Assembly (NCBI GenBank): GCA_965202985.1
Contig: CBDBCF010000001.1
Location: 2,496,001-2,560,000 of the forward strand
Reading direction: 5' to 3'
From: Longimicrobiales bacterium
GTDB lineage: Bacteria; Gemmatimonadota; Gemmatimonadetes; Longimicrobiales; Gaopeijiaceae
DNA length: 64,000 nucleotides
Shown: positions 60,402 to 64,000 of the stretch, piece by piece
Position numbering within the stretch: position 1 is the stretch's first letter
Layout: every line of letters begins with the position of its first letter
Notes under the pieces: model-generated
The model's database searches: none
What the model was told of the DNA's origin: nothing
What the model saw: only the letters and a program-made list of their open reading frames with translations
Program-made: the position numbers and the translations under genes

Positions 60402-61499
60402 GTGGATCGGCCGGGGACCAAGACCGGGCCGAGCACAATCCTGCTTTCCCTGGGGCTGGCCCTGCTTGCAGGCTGCGAGCCGGGCCAAGCCCCGGGGGAG
60501 GCGCCGGGCCGTAAGGTGCTTGCGGACGTGTTTGCCTTTGAGGGGATCGCGGAGCTTGACGAAGACCCGGCGGACTCGATCGCTCAGCCTGGTGCCTTCG
60601 TGGAGCGCCGACGAGGCGGCTTCGTCTTAGCCGACCGGTTGCTTCCGCGGATAAGGGCATATGGAGACGACGGCCGGTTGGAAGCGGCGTTCGGACGGTT
60701 CGGCGTTAGGGACCCTTGGAGCTTCGAACGGGTTGGGGGCGTGGCCGAGACGGCCGCAGGCGGCATCGTGGCCGTCGAGTACAGCAAGAAACGGCTGGTG
60801 TACCTGACGGATGCATTGGAAAGGGACACGGTTGTTTCGGTGTCCGGGCATCCTCGAAATGTTGTTGGTTTTGGGCCGGACTTGTTGTTGGAGATGCGGC
60901 ACGAGTGGCAAGCAATGCAGGACGAACAGCTGCCGTGGTTTCACCGAGTGACCGGGAACCAAGTGGCCTGGAGCCGGTATGGCTTTCCGTACATTCCATC
61001 CGAACGTCCGTACTGGGCCTCGCTCACGAGTTTCAAGGCGGCCGTTACCGGCGATTCGGTGTTCGCGGTCACCAGTTTGGGCTACCCGGCGGTTGTCTAC
61101 AACAGAAGGGGTGATTCGGTAGGCACAATCGGTATGCAGTCGTCCTCGTTTCGCCCGATCCCAGTGCTTGAATTCGGCGCATTGGTCGACCAGGGTCCGG
61201 GAGGAAGTCTCGCCGATTTCCTGGCTTCGTTCGACATGATTCACCGAATCGATGTGGTGGCGGAATCTTACTTGGTGGTGACGCTGGGCGTCTTGGACCC
61301 GAGCAGGCCCTTCCGTCGTTCAGGGTGGTTGCATACGTCTGTCGAGGTGTACGACAGACACACGGGGACCAAGCTGTACGAGGACGTGCCGTTGCCCGAC
61401 GGATCGGAGGTGCTGGGCGGCGGCCGATTCCTGTACCTGCTGACGAACAGAGAGGAGCCACCATGGAGAATCGCCAAGTTGCGGTTGCGCACGTCGTGA
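60402..61499 (+). CDS. 6-bladed beta-propeller lipoprotein A
   Basis: LLAGC lipobox; FVLADRLLPRIRAYGDDGRL..FGRFG..P..F blade motif; start codon uncertain. Confidence 0.75.
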   Translation: MDRPGTKTGPSTILLSLGLALLAGCEPGQAPGEAPGRKVLADVFAFEGIAELDEDPADSIAQPGAFVERRRGGFVLADRLLPRIRAYGDDGRLEAAFGRFGVRDPWSFERVGGVAETAAGGIVAVEYSKKRLVYLTDALERDTVVSVSGHPRNVVGFGPDLLLEMRHEWQAMQDEQLPWFHRVTGNQVAWSRYGFPYIPSERPYWASLTSFKAAVTGDSVFAVTSLGYPAVVYNRRGDSVGTIGMQSSSFRPIPVLEFGALVDQGPGGSLADFLASFDMIHRIDVVAESYLVVTLGVLDPSRPFRRSGWLHTSVEVYDRHTGTKLYEDVPLPDGSEVLGGGRFLYLLTNREEPPWRIAKLRLRTS

Positions 61500-62686
61500 C
61501 CATCAAGACTCGGGTCGGTGCCGCTTGTCGGCGGGCGGCGAAGCGCTTGCGGTTGGCGGCTCCGCTGGTCGCCGTCCTCGTGGCGACATGCACGCAAGAC
61601 GTCGCGGAGCCCGACTCCGACTTCGTGTCCGTGGACGTTGCGGACGCCGAGGAGTGGATGCTCGACGGCAGCCCGCTTTTCGTGCTGGGCGACGACGAGA
61701 CCGATCCGCTGAGCAGCGTGCTCGGCGGACTGCTGATGGACTCGGGCCGAATCGTCGTGGCGGACCGAGGCAACTACCGAGTGCTGGTGATGGACGCCGA
61801 GGGCCAGACGGAGAGAGTCATCGGGGCGAAAGGCGAGGGTCCGCTGGAGTTCACGACGGTGACCAACATCGAGTCATGGGGCGGGGACACCGTGTTCGTC
61901 CACGATTCGCGAGCGAATCGGTACTCGGTATTTTCTGCCGCGACGGGCGAAGGCCGTAGCACCATGTTGCGAGGGACGGATGTGGTGCCAGGCACTGCCT
62001 TTCCTGCTGGTGACGGCGAGCTTTGGCTGACCGGTGGTTTGGGGATCGGGCCCGGAGAGCATGGCGCAGGTAGACGGCGGGTTCCGGTTGACCTCTTCCG
62101 TTACGTGGGCTCCGACAGCGTTGTCAGGGTGGCGACCCTGGCTGGGCCGGAGCTGTTCTTCGGGGCGGGCGGTGTCGGGTTCACGATTCCGCCGGTGCCC
62201 GTGGCGGCGGGAACCTCGCTGTCCCCCGGCGACGACAAGCTGTTTGTTTCGGATGGCGAGCGGCCTGTGATCACCGTCATGGACCGAAATGGCGCGACCG
62301 TGCGAGAGATCGAAGTGGCCGGAATGGACATTGAAGTGACGGACGACCTACGGGACATGATCACGGACTCGCTGTACGCGCTCGTGGCGAAAACCGAGGC
62401 GAGAATGCGAAGTCGGCTCGCGAAGACGCCGATTCCGGTGCAGCTCAGCGGATTTGCGTTGATCAAGTTGGCGGGAGACGGCACCTTGTGGATCGCTGGT
62501 CGCGGGGCGCCTGGGATTGAGACGCGGACATGGGTGAACATGACCATCAACGGGCGGTTGCTTCGCCGGTTCGATCTGCCGCGCTCGGTTGGCGTCCTGG
62601 ACGCCTCCGCCGATCGAGTCCTGTTGCGCACAACCGATGCCCTAGGCGTGGACAGGGTGGAGTTGCACGGCGTAGCGCGCCGCTGA
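61496..62686 (+). CDS. 6-bladed beta-propeller lipoprotein B
   Basis: LVATC lipobox-like; GRIVVADRGNYRVLVMD..G..IGAKGEGPLEF, GDTVFVHD; GTGA-coupled to A. Confidence 0.78.
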   Translation: MTIKTRVGAACRRAAKRLRLAAPLVAVLVATCTQDVAEPDSDFVSVDVADAEEWMLDGSPLFVLGDDETDPLSSVLGGLLMDSGRIVVADRGNYRVLVMDAEGQTERVIGAKGEGPLEFTTVTNIESWGGDTVFVHDSRANRYSVFSAATGEGRSTMLRGTDVVPGTAFPAGDGELWLTGGLGIGPGEHGAGRRRVPVDLFRYVGSDSVVRVATLAGPELFFGAGGVGFTIPPVPVAAGTSLSPGDDKLFVSDGERPVITVMDRNGATVREIEVAGMDIEVTDDLRDMITDSLYALVAKTEARMRSRLAKTPIPVQLSGFALIKLAGDGTLWIAGRGAPGIETRTWVNMTINGRLLRRFDLPRSVGVLDASADRVLLRTTDALGVDRVELHGVARR

Positions 62687-62800
62687 CCGCTCGCCTCCTA
62701 GCGTTCTGGGCGAGCAGGGGTTACCGTCCGTGGAAGCATGGGATGGAACCGGGAGCGTCCACACTGGGAGTGCGGAGTGTCGGGGCCATGAATGAATGAA

Positions 62801-63985
62801 ATGAAGCTCACAACCGCGGATCGGCGGGTTCTGCCGGGAGCCCTTCGTCATCGTCGTAGACGGGCCGTCATAATCGCCAGCTCGTTGATCGGCCCGGCGT
62901 CCAAGACCGGGCCAAACACGATCTTGCTTTCCCTGGGGCTGGCCCTGCTTGCAGGCTGCGAGCCGGGCCAAGCCCCAGGGAAAGTGCCAGCCAGTACGGG
63001 GCTCGCAGACGTATTCGCCTTTGAGGGGATCGTGGAGCTTGGCGAAGACCCGGCGGACTCGATCGCTCAGCCCGGTGCCTTCGTGGAGCGCCGACGAGGC
63101 GGCTTCGTCTTGGCCGACCGGCTACTTCCGCGGATAAGGACGTACAGCGAAGACGGCCGGTTGGAAGCGGCGTTCGGACGATTCGGCGTTAGGGATCCTT
63201 GGAGCTTTGAGCGTGTTGGGGGCTTGGCCGAGACGGCCTCGGGGGGCATCGTCGCCGTGGAGTACACCAAGCAAAGGCTGTTGTACCTAACGGATGCACT
63301 GGAGCGGGACGCGCTCATTCCAGTGTCCGGGTATCCTCGGGACGTTGTTGCTCTTGGTCCGGACTTGCTGCTGGAGATGCGAGTGGACGAGTGGGAAGTG
63401 GTGGAGGCCGACCGGCTGCCGTTCTTTCATAGAGTGATCGGCGATCAAGTGGCCTGGAGCCGGTACAGCTTCCCGTACATTCCATCCGAGCGTCCGTACT
63501 GGGGCTCGTTTGCGGCTTTCCTCGGTACCACGGCAGGCGACTCGGTGTTTGCGACCACTAGCCTGGGCTACCCCGTGGTCGTCTACAACGGAGCGGGCGA
63601 TTCGGTGGGCACGATCGGTGCGCCCTCGACTTCGTTTCGCCCGATTCCGGTGCTCGAACTGGGTGCGTTGGTCGACCAAGGGCCGGGAGGCGGTCTTGCC
63701 GACTTCCTAGCTTCGTTCGACATGATCCACGGGATCGACGTGGTGGCGGACTCTTACTTGGTGGTGACGCTCGGTATCTTGGACCCGACCAAGTCTTTTC
63801 CGCCCTTCAAGTGGCTGAACACGTCGGTCGACGTGTACGACAGACACACGGGGGCCAAGCTGTACGAGGACGTGCCGTTGCCCGAAGGATCGGAGGTGCT
63901 GGGCGGCGGCCGATTCCTGTACCTGCTGACGAACAGAGAGGAGCCACCATGGAGAATCGCCAACTTGCGGCTACGCACGTCGTGA
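62801..63985 (+). CDS. 6-bladed beta-propeller lipoprotein A' (paralog of 60402..61499; start 62792, 62801 or 62885)
   Basis: Long near-identical stretches with A, e.g. DPADSIAQPGAFVERRRGG and YEDVPLP.GSEVLGGGRFLYLLTNREEPPWRI. Confidence 0.78.
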   Translation: MKLTTADRRVLPGALRHRRRRAVIIASSLIGPASKTGPNTILLSLGLALLAGCEPGQAPGKVPASTGLADVFAFEGIVELGEDPADSIAQPGAFVERRRGGFVLADRLLPRIRTYSEDGRLEAAFGRFGVRDPWSFERVGGLAETASGGIVAVEYTKQRLLYLTDALERDALIPVSGYPRDVVALGPDLLLEMRVDEWEVVEADRLPFFHRVIGDQVAWSRYSFPYIPSERPYWGSFAAFLGTTAGDSVFATTSLGYPVVVYNGAGDSVGTIGAPSTSFRPIPVLELGALVDQGPGGGLADFLASFDMIHGIDVVADSYLVVTLGILDPTKSFPPFKWLNTSVDVYDRHTGAKLYEDVPLPEGSEVLGGGRFLYLLTNREEPPWRIANLRLRTS

Positions 63986-64000
63986 CCATCATGACTCGGA
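63982..64000 (+). CDS. 5' end of a probable propeller B' paralog, runs off the window
   Basis: GTGACCATCATGACTCGG matches the start of B (GTGACCATCAAGACTCGG) with the same GTGA overlap. Confidence 0.55.

Overview
High-GC bacterial chromosomal segment. The housekeeping gene order (secD-secF-tatD-mutL-miaA-bshA-uppP-birA-coaX; aspS-phoH-HD-ybeY-mgtE-meaB-mutase) suggests Gemmatimonadota, which is an inference only. The backbone carries trpD, trpCF-B-A, lexA, rqcH-like, lepB, rlmN, aspS, groESL with a CIRCE element, and thrS. Accessory DNA is inserted at several points: two Rpn/YhgA nuclease genes with shared upstream DNA and probable internal antitoxin starts, a DarTG pair, and a defence island after groEL (helicase + DUF2290, then a type I R-M with an HsdM-half-HsdS fusion and an embedded MAD3/MAD4-like pair). 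There is also a coupled pair of P-loop ATPases, the second with wHTH + TPR-like repeats. The right end holds the best candidate for an undescribed system: a tandemly duplicated cassette encoding a membrane-anchored CxxC protein, a secreted six-cysteine peptide and two beta-propeller lipoproteins. An ArsC-like selenoprotein (UxxC) is missed by the ORF track. No tRNA, rRNA, CRISPR array or integrase was recognised. Several single-base frameshifts in homopolymers may be sequencing errors. All family assignments are from motif recognition by eye, not database searches.
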